A stretch of 64,000 bases of DNA from an uncultured delta proteobacterium (GCA_963816145.1 CAWFJP010000008.1:1-64000), one strand, 5' to 3'. Positions 25,856-36,462 are shown, counted from the stretch's first letter. Notes: generated by a model not told the origin, from the letters alone. Made by a program: numbers and translations.

Positions 25856-27520
25856 ATGGCTGACAGCATTAACGGAACCCAAAACAACTCCGTGTTAAAC
25901 CCGGTGGGCTACCCGCCCAAGATTACGCCCAAAGCGCTGGCTCCCCGGCTCGACAGCCTGGATGGCAAGACCGTCTATCTGGTCGATCCGCGCTTCGACG
26001 ACTCCGGGTTGTTTCTGCGCCAATTGCAGAGTTGGTTCGCCGACAACATGCCGGCGGTCAAAACCAAGTTCATCGAGATGAACAACGTCTACACCAAAGA
26101 CGATCCGAAAACCTGGGAGAAGATCAAAGCCGACGGCGACGCCGCTATCGTCGGTGTCGGTCATTGAAGCACCTGCGCGCCGGCGGTCGCCGCGCATGCC
26201 ATGACCCTCGATAACAAATACGGCGTGCCCACCGTGGCGCTGCATACTCATGTCTTTGAAAAGGTCGTCGAATCGGTGAACCGCGTGCACGGCATGCCGC
26301 GGGCGCCGCGGGCGTTCGTGCCGCAGCCGGTGATGGGCAAGACGGCCGCGCAGTTGCGCGCCTATATCGAAGGCAAAGATCCCATCACCGGCCGGCCGGT
26401 GATGCAGGAAGTCATCGAAGGCCTAACCCAGCCCATCGACGACGCCGGCGTTCTCAGTGAGAAGTTGGCCTACGCCGCAACGCCGCGCTTGGTCGATGCC
26501 GATAGCGAAGAGAATTTGCAGCAGCTATTTCTGGATATGAATTGGACCGACAAGCTGCCGATCGTTTTGCCGACCGAAAAGCGCGTTCAGGAAATGCTCG
26601 CCCACACCAGCCACAAGCCGGATGAAGTGGTCGGCCATATGCGCTCGACCCATTTCCGCGACTACTGGGAATACACGGTGGAAAAAGTCGCGGTCAACGC
26701 GGTGATGGCCGGCGCCCGGCCGGAATATTTTCCAGTGATCCTCGCGCTCGCTGCCACCGGCGTCACCGCCCGCGGCAGCACGTCGAGCTCGGCGGCGGCC
26801 ATGGTGGTCGTCAACGGACCGATTCGCAACGAAATCAAAATGAACAGCGGCACCGGCGCCCTGGGGCCGTTCAATCACGCCAACGCAACCATCGGCCGCG
26901 CCTACGGCTTGCTCTCGCAAAATGGCCAAGGCAGCTCGGTGCCCGGCTTCACCTACATGGGCTCCCAGGGCAACAACTACGCCTACAACAACGTGACTTT
27001 CGCCGAGAACGAAGAGCGCAGTCCCTGGACACCATTCCACGTCGAACATGGCTTCAAAGCCGCCGACAGCACCGTCAGTGTCTTCACCGGCTGCCGTTCG
27101 ACGGCGTTCACCCTCGGCGTGCGTGAGAAGTTCTGGCGCGAGCATGTGCGCAGCATGCTGCGCGGCTTGGACGCGCACAGCCAACCGACCTTTTTGCTCG
27201 ATCCTATCACCGCGCGCCAGTTCATCGACCGCGGCGGCTTCGATACCAAGGAGAAGTTGATCGACTGGGCTTATGAGAATTCACTCATGGCGGCCAAAGA
27301 ATATTGGGATTATCAACTGATCCAAAATTACATCCTGCCGCGCGCCACCTTCGGCGAAGAACCGTACGCTTCGAAATTGAAAGCCGCGCCGGACGAAATG
27401 GTTCATATGTTCAAACCGGAAGAAATCCATGTCGTCGTCGTCGGCGGCGAGACCAACGGTTACTGGCGGATTATGGATTGTAACTATCAGAAAACCGTAT
27501 CGGTGGATAAATGGAGATAG
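25856..27520 (+). CDS. UGSC-family selenoprotein (554 aa with UGA 26165..26167 read as Sec)
   Basis: ORFs 25856..26167 and 26201..27520 share a frame; readthrough gives GVGH-U-STC-AP (UxxC); LAPRLDSLDGKT N-terminus; D.LPIV.PT, VEKVAVNAVMAGA.P, NATIGRA, ENEE.SPW. Confidence 0.9.
26174..26196 (+). promoter_or_regulatory. Putative SECIS hairpin
   Basis: CGGC-GGTC-GCCG upper stem, extendable with GCG/CGC; loop begins after a 17-nt gap from the UGA. Confidence 0.7.
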
Positions 27521-27525
27521 CATCC

Positions 27526-27651
27526 GTTCAAAACGTTAAAGCCGTTCAACCGCTACGCTCCGTTCGATCCCCCACCTCTTTCCTCCCCCGCGACGCGGGG
27601 GAGGATGAAGGAGGAGGCTTGAGCGTTTTGAACGGCTTGAACGATTTGAAC
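27526..27651. repeat. GTTCAA-flanked palindromic element, copy 1
   Basis: Core TCCTCCCCCGCG-A-CGCGGGGGAGGA; 9-nt-period GTTCAA left arm and TTGAAC right arm. Confidence 0.85.
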
Positions 27652-27679
27652 TTTTGGAGCAAAAGCAGCGACACGAACT

Positions 27680-28603
27680 ATGGCAAATTTTGACGTAATA
27701 ATCGTTGGCTCCGGCCTGGCCGGCCTCACCGCCGGTCTATTCTCGGCACGCCAAGGACTTTCAACTTTAGTTTTCGAGTCGAACATCCCCGGCGGCCATC
27801 TGATCAGCATCGAAAAGATCGAAGACTTTCCCGGCTTTCCCGACGGCGTGTCGGGTTATGAAATCTGTCCCAACTTGCAACGCCAGGCGTCAGATCATGG
27901 CGCGGAGTTTCAACGCGCCGAAGTTTTGCGCCTCGAAGCAGCAGACAAATCTTGGTCGGTGGTGACCGAAGAAGAAACCTATCGGGCCAAGGCAGTCATC
28001 GTTGCAACGGGTTCAACGCTCAAACATCTCAATGTCCCAGGGGAGGAAAAACTCATGGGCCGCGGCGTCAGTCATTGCGCCAGCTGCGACGGCCCGCTGT
28101 ACAACGGTCAGACCGTCGCCGTCGTCGGTGGCGGCGATTCGGCGCTGCAAGAAGCGTTGACGCTGACGAACTACGTCGACAAAGTATTGCTCTTCCATCA
28201 AGCCGACTCGTTTGCCGCACAACAAACTTATTTGCAAAGAGTGTTGGAGAACGCGAAGATCGTGCCGCGCTACCAAACAATCATCGAAGAAGTCCTCGGC
28301 GGCGAAGTCCTCACCGGCGTGCGCGTGCGCGATTTGAAATCCGGCGAAACCTCACAGGTCGAACTCAACGGTCTTTTCATCTACATCGGTTTGCAGCCGA
28401 ACACCGCACTCTTGGGCAACATTGTACAACTGAGCGAAAGCAGTCATGTTTCGACGGACAGCTGGATGAAGACCGGACGCGACGGCCTTTACGCCGTCGG
28501 CGATATTCGCCAAGATTCGGCGCGCCAAGCGATTACCGCCGCCGGCGACGGCGCGACCGCGGCCATCGCGGCCGCTCGCTATGTCAAAGGCCAAGCGGGA
28601 TAA
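27680..28603 (+). CDS. trxB: Thioredoxin-disulfide reductase
   Basis: GSGLAG, SHCASCDG (CxxC), VVGGGDSA, YAVGD.R. Confidence 0.88.
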   Translation: MANFDVIIVGSGLAGLTAGLFSARQGLSTLVFESNIPGGHLISIEKIEDFPGFPDGVSGYEICPNLQRQASDHGAEFQRAEVLRLEAADKSWSVVTEEETYRAKAVIVATGSTLKHLNVPGEEKLMGRGVSHCASCDGPLYNGQTVAVVGGGDSALQEALTLTNYVDKVLLFHQADSFAAQQTYLQRVLENAKIVPRYQTIIEEVLGGEVLTGVRVRDLKSGETSQVELNGLFIYIGLQPNTALLGNIVQLSESSHVSTDSWMKTGRDGLYAVGDIRQDSARQAITAAGDGATAAIAAARYVKGQAG

Positions 28604-28631
28604 TTACCACACCCGAGAAGCGGACGATTCC

Positions 28632-29687
28632 ATGAAGATTTCGTTGCGTCACATGTCATTGCTGGGATATTCATTCACCCTGGCATCGACCTTGACCATG
28701 GCGCCCTTGGTGCACGCGCAAGCAATTTTTTTCCAAGGCAAAACCATTCGCGTCATTCGCGGCGGACAGCCCGGTGATCTTTACGATCTATGGACGCGCC
28801 ACATCGCGACCTATTTAGGCAAACATATTTCCGGCAATCCCAGCGTCATTGTTCAGAATATGCCCGGCGCCGGTTCGGTGATCGCGGCCAATCATGTTTA
28901 CAACATCGCAAAGCCCGATGGTCTCACCATTGGGTCGCTCAATCCGGGCATCTACATGGACCAGTTGGTCGGCCGCAAGGAAGTGCAATTCAACTGGGCC
29001 AAATTCGGCTGGCTTGGCACGCCGGAGCAGACCGAGTCAGTAGTATTTTTCCGCGGTGACAGTCCGTACAAAACCATCGACGATCTGCGCAAAGCGACGG
29101 AACCGCCCAAGTGCGGCTCCACCGGCACCGGCTCGACGACCTATCACATTCCCAAGCTCATCGAGGAAGTGTTCGGCGTGAAGTTCATCATCATCACCGG
29201 CTATCAGGGCGCCGCGGATATCGATGTAGCGCTGGAGCGCGGCGAGATCCAATGCCGGCTCATTACCATTGCCGCCTTCTTCGGCCGCGAGCCGCATATC
29301 AGTTGGTACAAAAGGGGGTTCACCCGTCCTTTCGTCCAGACCGGCCGGAAGCGCGACCCGCAGCTGCCCGACACGCCGACGATATATGAGCTGATGGAGC
29401 GCTACAAAACCCGCGACGCCGAGCGCCGCTTGGCCACTCTGGTCATGGCGCCCAACGAATTCGGCCGCCCCTGGACCGCGCCGCCGAACATGCCGGCGGA
29501 CCGATTGAAAACCCTGCGCGACGCTTGGAGCAACACGCTACAAGATCCCGAGCTACTCGCCGAGGCAAAGAAACGCGGCTGGCCCGTGGAGGCGATCGGC
29601 GGCGAGCAATTAGCGGCGCTGGCCCACGAAGTCATCGCCCAGCCACCTGAAGTGATCGCTAGGTTGAAAAAACTTTTGGCGGAGTAG
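28632..29687 (+). CDS. TctC/Bug substrate-binding protein
   Basis: FQGKTIRVI, QNMPGAGS, AKPDGLTI, ERGEIQCR. Confidence 0.9.
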   Translation: MKISLRHMSLLGYSFTLASTLTMAPLVHAQAIFFQGKTIRVIRGGQPGDLYDLWTRHIATYLGKHISGNPSVIVQNMPGAGSVIAANHVYNIAKPDGLTIGSLNPGIYMDQLVGRKEVQFNWAKFGWLGTPEQTESVVFFRGDSPYKTIDDLRKATEPPKCGSTGTGSTTYHIPKLIEEVFGVKFIIITGYQGAADIDVALERGEIQCRLITIAAFFGREPHISWYKRGFTRPFVQTGRKRDPQLPDTPTIYELMERYKTRDAERRLATLVMAPNEFGRPWTAPPNMPADRLKTLRDAWSNTLQDPELLAEAKKRGWPVEAIGGEQLAALAHEVIAQPPEVIARLKKLLAE

Positions 29688-29726
29688 GATTAAAGGCAAG
29701 CGATAGAATCCCACTGAGGCGCAACG

Positions 29727-30455
29727 TTGTCTGACCAACACCATTCGAGAATCGGTTGGCTCGGTCCAAGCCTGCCGTCGAGTTCACATATCAAAAAGTT
29801 TCTCAACCTGGTGCCGGCCAACGTCGACGTTGTCTACGAACAGCTGGTGCTGCACGATGGCGTATTGAACGATGTCCTAGGCAAGCAGGAGATCATCGTC
29901 AGCCGGGCTGTGCTGTTTGCTGAAAAGCAAAAGCTCGACGGCCTGATTTTCCCCGGCGCGCCGCGCGAAGTGTTAAATCCTAATTTGTCTGACGCCTTTG
30001 CCAAGGCGCTCGAGATTCCCGTCGCCACGGCATTGCGCGCCTCGGCGGCGGCGCTGAAAACATTCGCCGCCAAGCGCATCCTTCTGCTCACGCCGTTCGA
30101 CCCATCGTTGAATCGACTGATCCGTGACTTCCTCGCCCAACTCGACCTCATTGCCACTTCGCCCAGCGAAACATTGCAGCACTACACCGACGCGCTTAAA
30201 ATGACGCCCGAGGATGTCATCGCCTACGCGCGCCGGGCGATCGCCGCAGAGCGCGAGATCGACGCGATCTATTTTCAAGGCGCGGTGCTCGATCCGATGG
30301 ACTGTTTGGCGCAGATGGAGCGCGAACTGAGCCTGCCGGTCGTCGCCAGCAACCCGGCGATGAATTGGTACATGCTCTCCAAACTTGGCTTGAAACACCC
30401 ACTGCCTGGATTTGGCAAGCTGCTATCCACTTGGCCGGGTTTGCCGATTGGATAA
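29727..30455 (+). CDS. Maleate isomerase/arylmalonate decarboxylase-like protein (Asp/Glu racemase fold)
   Basis: RIG.L.PS, A..AL....AKRI.LLTPF, DAIY, E.EL..PVV.SN.A..W..L. Confidence 0.8.
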   Translation: MSDQHHSRIGWLGPSLPSSSHIKKFLNLVPANVDVVYEQLVLHDGVLNDVLGKQEIIVSRAVLFAEKQKLDGLIFPGAPREVLNPNLSDAFAKALEIPVATALRASAAALKTFAAKRILLLTPFDPSLNRLIRDFLAQLDLIATSPSETLQHYTDALKMTPEDVIAYARRAIAAEREIDAIYFQGAVLDPMDCLAQMERELSLPVVASNPAMNWYMLSKLGLKHPLPGFGKLLSTWPGLPIG

Positions 30456-30468
30456 ACGTTTTTTAACA

Positions 30469-31512
30469 ATGAAACATTCAAGATCACTGACGTTCGCGGT
30501 GCTCGTACTACTGCTCACGATCCGCACCGCTTCCGGGCAAAGCGATTTCTATCGCGGCAAGACCATTACGTTCATCGTCAACATGGCGGCCGGCGATGCC
30601 AACGATCTATGGGCCCGTGCCTTGGCGCGCAGTTTGGTGAAATACATTCCGGGGAATCCGAACATCCTGGCGCAAAACATGGCCGGCGGCGGCTCGATGA
30701 TCTCGGCCAATTATCTCTATAGTGTCGCCAAGCCCGACGGCCTCACCATCGGACAAACCTCCGCCAGCCTTTATCTTCAGCAGCTCACAGCCCGGCGCGA
30801 AGTCCAATTCGATTGGCGCAAGTTCAGCTGGATCGGCTCGGCCGGCCAGGCGGAATCGTTGCTGATGATGCGCACCGATGCGCCGTACAAATCGATGGAA
30901 GATATCCGCAGCGCCAGCGAGCCGCCCAAATGTTCCGCCACGGCGCCGGGATCGGGCACGCATATCAGCCTCAAGGTTTTGGACGAGGCGCTGGGCGCTA
31001 AGTTTCGCATCGTCACCGGTTACAAAAGCGGCAGCGATCAAGACCTCGCCATCGAACGCGGTGAAGTGCAATGCCGCGCGGTCACCGCGGCATCTTTCCT
31101 CGCCCGTGAGCCCTTCCTCAGTTGGCAAAAAAAGGCATTCATCCGCATTCTGGTCCAGAGCGGCCGCAAGCGTAATCCGAAACTCGCCGAAGTGCCGACG
31201 ATCTACGAACTGATGGCGCGCTATCAAACGCCGGAGAGCAAACAGCGCATGGTCGAGGTGCTGCTCGGCGCCGATCATTTTGGTCAGTATCTCGCCGTAG
31301 CGCCGCCAGCCACACCGGCCGAGCGCGTCAAAATTTTGCGCGAAGCCTATGCCCGGGCGATGAAAGACGCCGACCTGATCGAAGAAGCGCGACGACGCAA
31401 TTGGAGCATGGAAACTGTTGCCGGGGAAGAACTGGAGAAGATGGCGAAACAGGTCATCGATCAACCGCCGCAATTGATTGGACGAGTGAAAGACCTCTTG
31501 GGCGGGAATTAG
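30469..31512 (+). CDS. TctC/Bug substrate-binding protein
   Basis: FYRGKTI, YIPGNP....QNM.GGG, AKPDGLTI, ERGEVQCR. Confidence 0.9.
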   Translation: MKHSRSLTFAVLVLLLTIRTASGQSDFYRGKTITFIVNMAAGDANDLWARALARSLVKYIPGNPNILAQNMAGGGSMISANYLYSVAKPDGLTIGQTSASLYLQQLTARREVQFDWRKFSWIGSAGQAESLLMMRTDAPYKSMEDIRSASEPPKCSATAPGSGTHISLKVLDEALGAKFRIVTGYKSGSDQDLAIERGEVQCRAVTAASFLAREPFLSWQKKAFIRILVQSGRKRNPKLAEVPTIYELMARYQTPESKQRMVEVLLGADHFGQYLAVAPPATPAERVKILREAYARAMKDADLIEEARRRNWSMETVAGEELEKMAKQVIDQPPQLIGRVKDLLGGN

Positions 31513-31594
31513 ACCATCGAACCGCGACCGCACGCGTTGACACCGGACCGGGCCATCCCATAGGATTTGCCGAAACAGGAACTTCTACGCGTAA

Positions 31595-31918
31595 GTGCAA
31601 TTAAAAGTTGACAGCATCGAAAGCTGCGTCATATGCCACGACAACAGCCGCAACGGTTCGCGCCGCCTCGACAAATATTTACATCTAATCCATTTCAATC
31701 GGGACAACTTTCCCGCAACGAAAAACCACTGCGCTGTCTGCCGTCTGAGCGCCGACGGCATCGAAAAAGTGCATTTCGAGGTCTGCTCTAATTGCCACGA
31801 GAATTTACACAATAACAACCAGCCCAAATACACCGACGCTCAGTGCATCGCCTGTCATCAAGACTTCAGCCGCGGCCATGTCGGTCCGATAGCACGAGCT
31901 AATGATCCAACTCACTAA
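31595..31918 (+). CDS. Multiheme c-type cytochrome fragment, possibly a pseudogene
   Basis: CVICH, CSNCH and CIACH plus degenerate CAVCR; no signal peptide. Confidence 0.65.
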   Translation: MQLKVDSIESCVICHDNSRNGSRRLDKYLHLIHFNRDNFPATKNHCAVCRLSADGIEKVHFEVCSNCHENLHNNNQPKYTDAQCIACHQDFSRGHVGPIARANDPTH

Positions 31919-31983
31919 CTTAATGACCTAGGACTGCGTCGATCAAATACGGCATCGGTGATGACGATCCCCCCTTTGGAAAA

Positions 31984-32115
31984 GAGGCTGTGTCGTAATG
32001 CGCAAATGTCCCACATTTGTCATCCCGAGCGCAGCGAGGGATCTCGTGTTTTCAGCCACATACGAAGAAGAGATTTCTCGGTTTCACCTCGAAATGACAG
32101 TTGCGACACAGTCTC
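31984..32115. mobile_element. 132-bp MITE, family B, copy 1
   Basis: TIR GAGGCTGTGTCG/CGACACAGTCTC; inverted near-copy at 40976..41107; splits a CCCCCTTT...AAAGGGGG palindrome. Confidence 0.85.
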
Positions 32116-32254
32116 AAAAGGGGGGAAGGGGGGATTTTTTCTGCGTTCTAAATGAAATCCCCCTCAGTCCCCCTTTTTCAAAGGGGGAAGCCTGAGCATC
32201 GAGATGAATTTATTTTTGGATCAGGACGCTAGCATCAGGAATGTCGATCTAGTA

Positions 32255-32346
32255 TTAAACGATTTGAACCGAACACCCCACCTTTCCTCCCCCGCATCGC
32301 GGGGGAGGATGAAGGAGGGGGATTGAACGGCTTGAACGATTTGAAT
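32255..32346. repeat. GTTCAA-flanked palindromic element, copy 2 (left arm degenerate)
   Basis: TCCTCCCCCGCATCGCGGGGGAGGATGAAGGAGGGGG then TTGAAC repeats. Confidence 0.8.
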
Positions 32347-32366
32347 CATTCGGACCGGAGGTTTTT

Positions 32367-32657
32367 ATGGTCCAAGAAATCCTCATCCAGCATGTCCAAC
32401 CGGAAAAGCGCGACGAATACATTCAGGTGTTCGGCGACATTCTTAAGAAAGCCGGTTACTCAGGTTCCCACGGCATCAAGTTTTTCACCAGCATGGAAGA
32501 TCCGAGCCGGGTGATATTGATGATCGAATGGGACAGCGTCGAAGCCCACACCCAGCACCGCGGCACGCCGGTTCACAACGCCATGCGCGAGGCGACGTCG
32601 AAGTATCAAACGGTTAAGAGCGACGGCGGCCATTACGTCATGCATGTGGTCAAGTGA
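32367..32657 (+). CDS. Antibiotic biosynthesis monooxygenase (ABM) domain protein
   Basis: V.PEK..E, S.EDP.R....IEWDSVEAH..H; GGAGG RBS. Confidence 0.85.
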   Translation: MVQEILIQHVQPEKRDEYIQVFGDILKKAGYSGSHGIKFFTSMEDPSRVILMIEWDSVEAHTQHRGTPVHNAMREATSKYQTVKSDGGHYVMHVVK

Positions 32658-32975
32658 CACAATGCGGTGGTGTTCGTAGTTTGTCTTTGTCTGACGCCGC
32701 TTCGATCGCGAGAATGTAAAACCCGCATGGCGCGCACTCGGAGCGGCACGCCCAGCCCCACGACCCACAGCGGGTGCAGCAGCCAGCCGCATCACACAGC
32801 CGCGAGAGTTTTGTTAACTCGCTCCGCGTCATTGAAGTCCACCCCGGCGAACGGGCAACCACTGAGACATTGGCGACCTGGAGCGCCCAGCGTTAAAAAA
32901 AATGGATTGCTCTAGCTTTAAGTCTTTTTTTTAGTAGAGTATGCCGCGCTTAAGTCACATATCAGGAGGTGCTCC

Positions 32976-34007
32976 ATGATCAAACTGTTCTGGCTGCTCC
33001 TAAGCGCTTTGCTCGCCAGTGAAGCGGCCTACGGCCAGGCGCCATTCTACCAAGGCAAAACCATTCGAGTTATTGTCGGCACGCCGCCCGGTAATCTCTA
33101 CGATCTTTGGGCGCGTTTGATCGTGGAACATATGGGCAAGCACATCCCCGGCAATCCCAACTTCATCGTCCAGAACATGCCCGGCGCAGGCCACGTCGTT
33201 GCGGTAAATTACCTGTACACCCAAGTGAAACCGGACGGCCTGACGATCATCGGCTCGGTAATACCGTCACTTTATCTTAACCAGTTGCTCGGCCGCCCTG
33301 AGATCCAGTTCGATTGGTCAAAGTTTAGCTGGATCGGATCGCCGGCACGGGGCGCAAGCCAAATGTACATGCGTGCCGATAGCCCTTACAAAACCATAGA
33401 AGATATTCGCACCGCCAAGGAGCCGCCCAAATGCGGCGCCACCGGGGTGACCGGACCGGACTCTTACCTGCCCAAAATGTTGCAGGAAACTGTCGGCGCC
33501 AAGTTCAACATCGTCACCGGCTACCCCGGCGGAACCGATATCGACCTCGGCGTCGAACGGGGCGAAATTCAGTGCCGGGCATTCACCATCGAAGCCTTCT
33601 TCGGCCGCGAGCCCTATCACACCTGGCGCAAGAATAATTTTGTCCATAATATCTTTCAGACCAGCAAGAAGCGCGACCCGCGCCTGCCGCAAACACCGAC
33701 GATTTACGAGCTCATGGACCAATATAAGACATCCGCTTCGGGCCGCGGACTAGCGACCGTACTCGTCGGCGCCGACGGCATGGGCCGTCCGATGTTCGGC
33801 CCCCCGGGGATGACCGCCGAGCGCTTAAAAATTCTTCGCGACGCGTACGATAAGACCATGAACGACGAAGCGCTGATCGCCGAAGCGAAACGGCGCAAGT
33901 ATGAGTTCGATCCAGTCGGCGGCGAGGAGCTCCAGGCATTGTCAAAGGAATTAACGAGCCAGCCGCCGGAGGTCATCGACCAATTGAAACGAGTACTGAG
34001 CAAATAA
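32976..34007 (+). CDS. TctC/Bug substrate-binding protein
   Basis: FYQGKTIRVIVG, HIPGNP..IVQNMPGAG, ERGEIQCR; AGGAGG RBS. Confidence 0.9.
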   Translation: MIKLFWLLLSALLASEAAYGQAPFYQGKTIRVIVGTPPGNLYDLWARLIVEHMGKHIPGNPNFIVQNMPGAGHVVAVNYLYTQVKPDGLTIIGSVIPSLYLNQLLGRPEIQFDWSKFSWIGSPARGASQMYMRADSPYKTIEDIRTAKEPPKCGATGVTGPDSYLPKMLQETVGAKFNIVTGYPGGTDIDLGVERGEIQCRAFTIEAFFGREPYHTWRKNNFVHNIFQTSKKRDPRLPQTPTIYELMDQYKTSASGRGLATVLVGADGMGRPMFGPPGMTAERLKILRDAYDKTMNDEALIAEAKRRKYEFDPVGGEELQALSKELTSQPPEVIDQLKRVLSK

Positions 34008-34078
34008 TCTCACAGGAGCCGCTTGACCTAATCCACAGTTCGCGTACAAGACCTGTGACCGATTTTGGAGGCAAACCT

Positions 34079-35143
34079 ATGTCATCGATGAATTTCGCTG
34101 GATGGACCGCCTCGGCGATTCTGCTGCTGTCCCAACTTTTCATGGATCCGGCGCTCGCCCAGGCGCCGTTTTATCAAGGCAAGACGATCACGATCGTTCA
34201 AGGCCGCGATCCGGGCGGAACCGGCGACTTGCGGGTGCGCGCCCTGGTGCCGTTCCTGCAAAAATATATTCCCGGCAGTCCAACGATCGTTATGGAGTTC
34301 ATGCCCGGCGGCGGCAGCCGCAAGGCCGCCAACCACGTGTACCGCTCTTCGCGTCCGGACGGCCTGACCATCGGCAACTTGAGCTCCGGCATGGTTTCCC
34401 TCGCCATACTCGGTGAGTCCGGCGTCTTATACGATATCGACAAGTTCCATTACTTGGGCTCGCCGTACAGTACCTACCATTCGGTGTTTGTCACACGTAA
34501 AGACGCCGGTTTCGACACCCTCGAGAAGTTGCGCGCCGCCAGCGGTATCAAAATCGGCGGCCAGTCCCTCGGTTTCTCCACTTATAATGAAGGCCGGCTG
34601 TTCGGCTATATGCTCGGTCTCAAAGATCCCCTGTTCATCGCCGCCTTCGGCGGTGCCGAGCTCGATCCGGCCCTGATGCGCGGCGAAATCGACGGCCGCG
34701 CCACCGGTCCGGACACCATCCTGCAACGCAATCGGGATTGGCTCGACAAAGGTCTAGTGAACATTCATGCGATCATGGAAACCCCCAGAGGCGATAAGCA
34801 TCCCCATCCGTTTTTTGCCAAGCTTCCCGAGATCGAAACCTTCGCGAAAAACGACCGGGAGCGAAAGATGCTCGCCTTGCAGCGCGGCTTCCGTGTCACC
34901 GGCACGCCATTCGTACTGCCGCCGGGCACACCGAAGGATCGCGTCGATACATTGAAAGAGGCGTTCCGCAAGACCTATTTGGATCCCGAGTTCGCCAAAT
35001 ACTATCACAAGCTCACCGCCGACGATCCGTCGCCGCTGCTGCCGGAGAATCATGAGAAGGCGATTAGAGACGTGCCGCGCGACCCAGAGGCGATCGAACT
35101 GTTTAAAATCCTCGCGGGTCCGAAGAAACTGCCTCCAAGGTAA
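34079..35143 (+). CDS. TctC/Bug substrate-binding protein (clade B)
   Basis: FYQGKTI, GG.GDLR, RPDGLTI, C-terminal PRDPE..ELFK...LPPR. Confidence 0.88.
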   Translation: MSSMNFAGWTASAILLLSQLFMDPALAQAPFYQGKTITIVQGRDPGGTGDLRVRALVPFLQKYIPGSPTIVMEFMPGGGSRKAANHVYRSSRPDGLTIGNLSSGMVSLAILGESGVLYDIDKFHYLGSPYSTYHSVFVTRKDAGFDTLEKLRAASGIKIGGQSLGFSTYNEGRLFGYMLGLKDPLFIAAFGGAELDPALMRGEIDGRATGPDTILQRNRDWLDKGLVNIHAIMETPRGDKHPHPFFAKLPEIETFAKNDRERKMLALQRGFRVTGTPFVLPPGTPKDRVDTLKEAFRKTYLDPEFAKYYHKLTADDPSPLLPENHEKAIRDVPRDPEAIELFKILAGPKKLPPR

Positions 35144-35155
35144 GCTGAATAAAGA

Positions 35156-35256
35156 GGTTCAAAACGTTCAAGCCGTTCAATCCCCCACCTCTGGTCCTCC
35201 CCCGCGTCGCGGGGGAGGATGAAGGAGGGGGCTTGAGCGCTTTGAACGTTTTGAAC
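35156..35256. repeat. GTTCAA-flanked palindromic element, copy 3
   Basis: TCCTCCCCCGCGTCGCGGGGGAGGA core. Confidence 0.85.
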
Positions 35257-35277
35257 GCGCAATAACCAGGAGGAAAC

Positions 35278-36312
35278 ATGCTAAAACTTTCCATTCTCAT
35301 CGCTTTCATTTTGTTCGCATTGACATCCGCGCACGCACAGACGCCCTTTTATCAGGGCAAAACGCTGACGATTGTGCACGGCCGCGCCGCCGGTGGATCG
35401 GGCGATTTGCGCGTGCGCGCCGTCGCGCCATTTCTAAAAAAATATCTACCGGGAAACCCCAACGTCATTCATGAATTTATGGACGGCGGCGGCGGACGAA
35501 AAGCGGCCAATCATATCTACAATAGCGCACGCCCCGATGGGCTCACCATCGGCAACGTCGGAGGCGGCGTGGTCGCCAACGCCGTGCTCGGTGAATCAGG
35601 AGTGCAGTACGACCTGGGGAAACTGCCCTTCATCGGTTCACCCTATAGCACTACCCATTATGTCCTGATCACTCGACGCGAGGCGGGCTTCAATACCCTC
35701 GACAAATTGCGTGAAGCCCCGGCGGTGCGATTTGGCGCTCAGAATGTCGGCCACACCAATTACAACATCGCGCGCATTGTCAGTTGGCTTATCGGCGTGA
35801 AAAATCACAAAGATGTCACCGGCTTTTCGGTCCCTGAGCGCGACGTCGCGCTTATGCGCGGTGAGATCGATGCCGTGGCATCTTCCGATGATTTGTTATC
35901 GCGCAATAAAGAATGGCTCGACAAGAAGTTGATCGATCTGCATGTAATTGTCGCCATCCCGCGCGAGGAAAAGCACCCGCAGTTTTCATACCTGCCGGAA
36001 CTCGACGGCTTTATTAAGAATGAGCGAGAGCGCAAACTGCTCACCATGTTTCGCACATTCAGGCTCTCAGGATCACCATTCATCGCACCTCCTGGCACGC
36101 CGCCGGAGCGTTTGGAGATCATCAAAGAGGCGCTGAATAAGACTTTTAGGGACAAAGAATTTTTCAAAGAGTACCACAAAGTGGTCGGCGAAGATCCGAC
36201 GCCGCTATTGCCGGAAGCCAATGAAAAGGCGATCCGAGAATTACCCCGGGACCCGGAAACCATCGAGCTGTTCAAGAAATTCGCCGGCCCGGGGCCGCTG
36301 CCGGGGCGATAA
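35278..36312 (+). CDS. TctC/Bug substrate-binding protein (clade B)
   Basis: Same motifs; AGGAGG RBS. Confidence 0.88.
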   Translation: MLKLSILIAFILFALTSAHAQTPFYQGKTLTIVHGRAAGGSGDLRVRAVAPFLKKYLPGNPNVIHEFMDGGGGRKAANHIYNSARPDGLTIGNVGGGVVANAVLGESGVQYDLGKLPFIGSPYSTTHYVLITRREAGFNTLDKLREAPAVRFGAQNVGHTNYNIARIVSWLIGVKNHKDVTGFSVPERDVALMRGEIDAVASSDDLLSRNKEWLDKKLIDLHVIVAIPREEKHPQFSYLPELDGFIKNERERKLLTMFRTFRLSGSPFIAPPGTPPERLEIIKEALNKTFRDKEFFKEYHKVVGEDPTPLLPEANEKAIRELPRDPETIELFKKFAGPGPLPGR

Positions 36313-36321
36313 AACCGAAAG

Positions 36322-36446
36322 GTTCAAGCCGTTCCAATCGTTCCAATCGCTCAAGCCCCCTCCTGCATCCTCCCCCGCGTCGCGGGGGAGGAAAGGTGGC
36401 GGATGGAACGGAGCGCAGCGGTTGAACGGCTGGAACCATTGGAACG
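36322..36446. repeat. GTTCAA-flanked palindromic element, copy 4
   Basis: Same core; GTTCCAA/TTGGAAC arm variants. Confidence 0.85.
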
Positions 36447-36462
36447 AATAAAGGAACAACCC

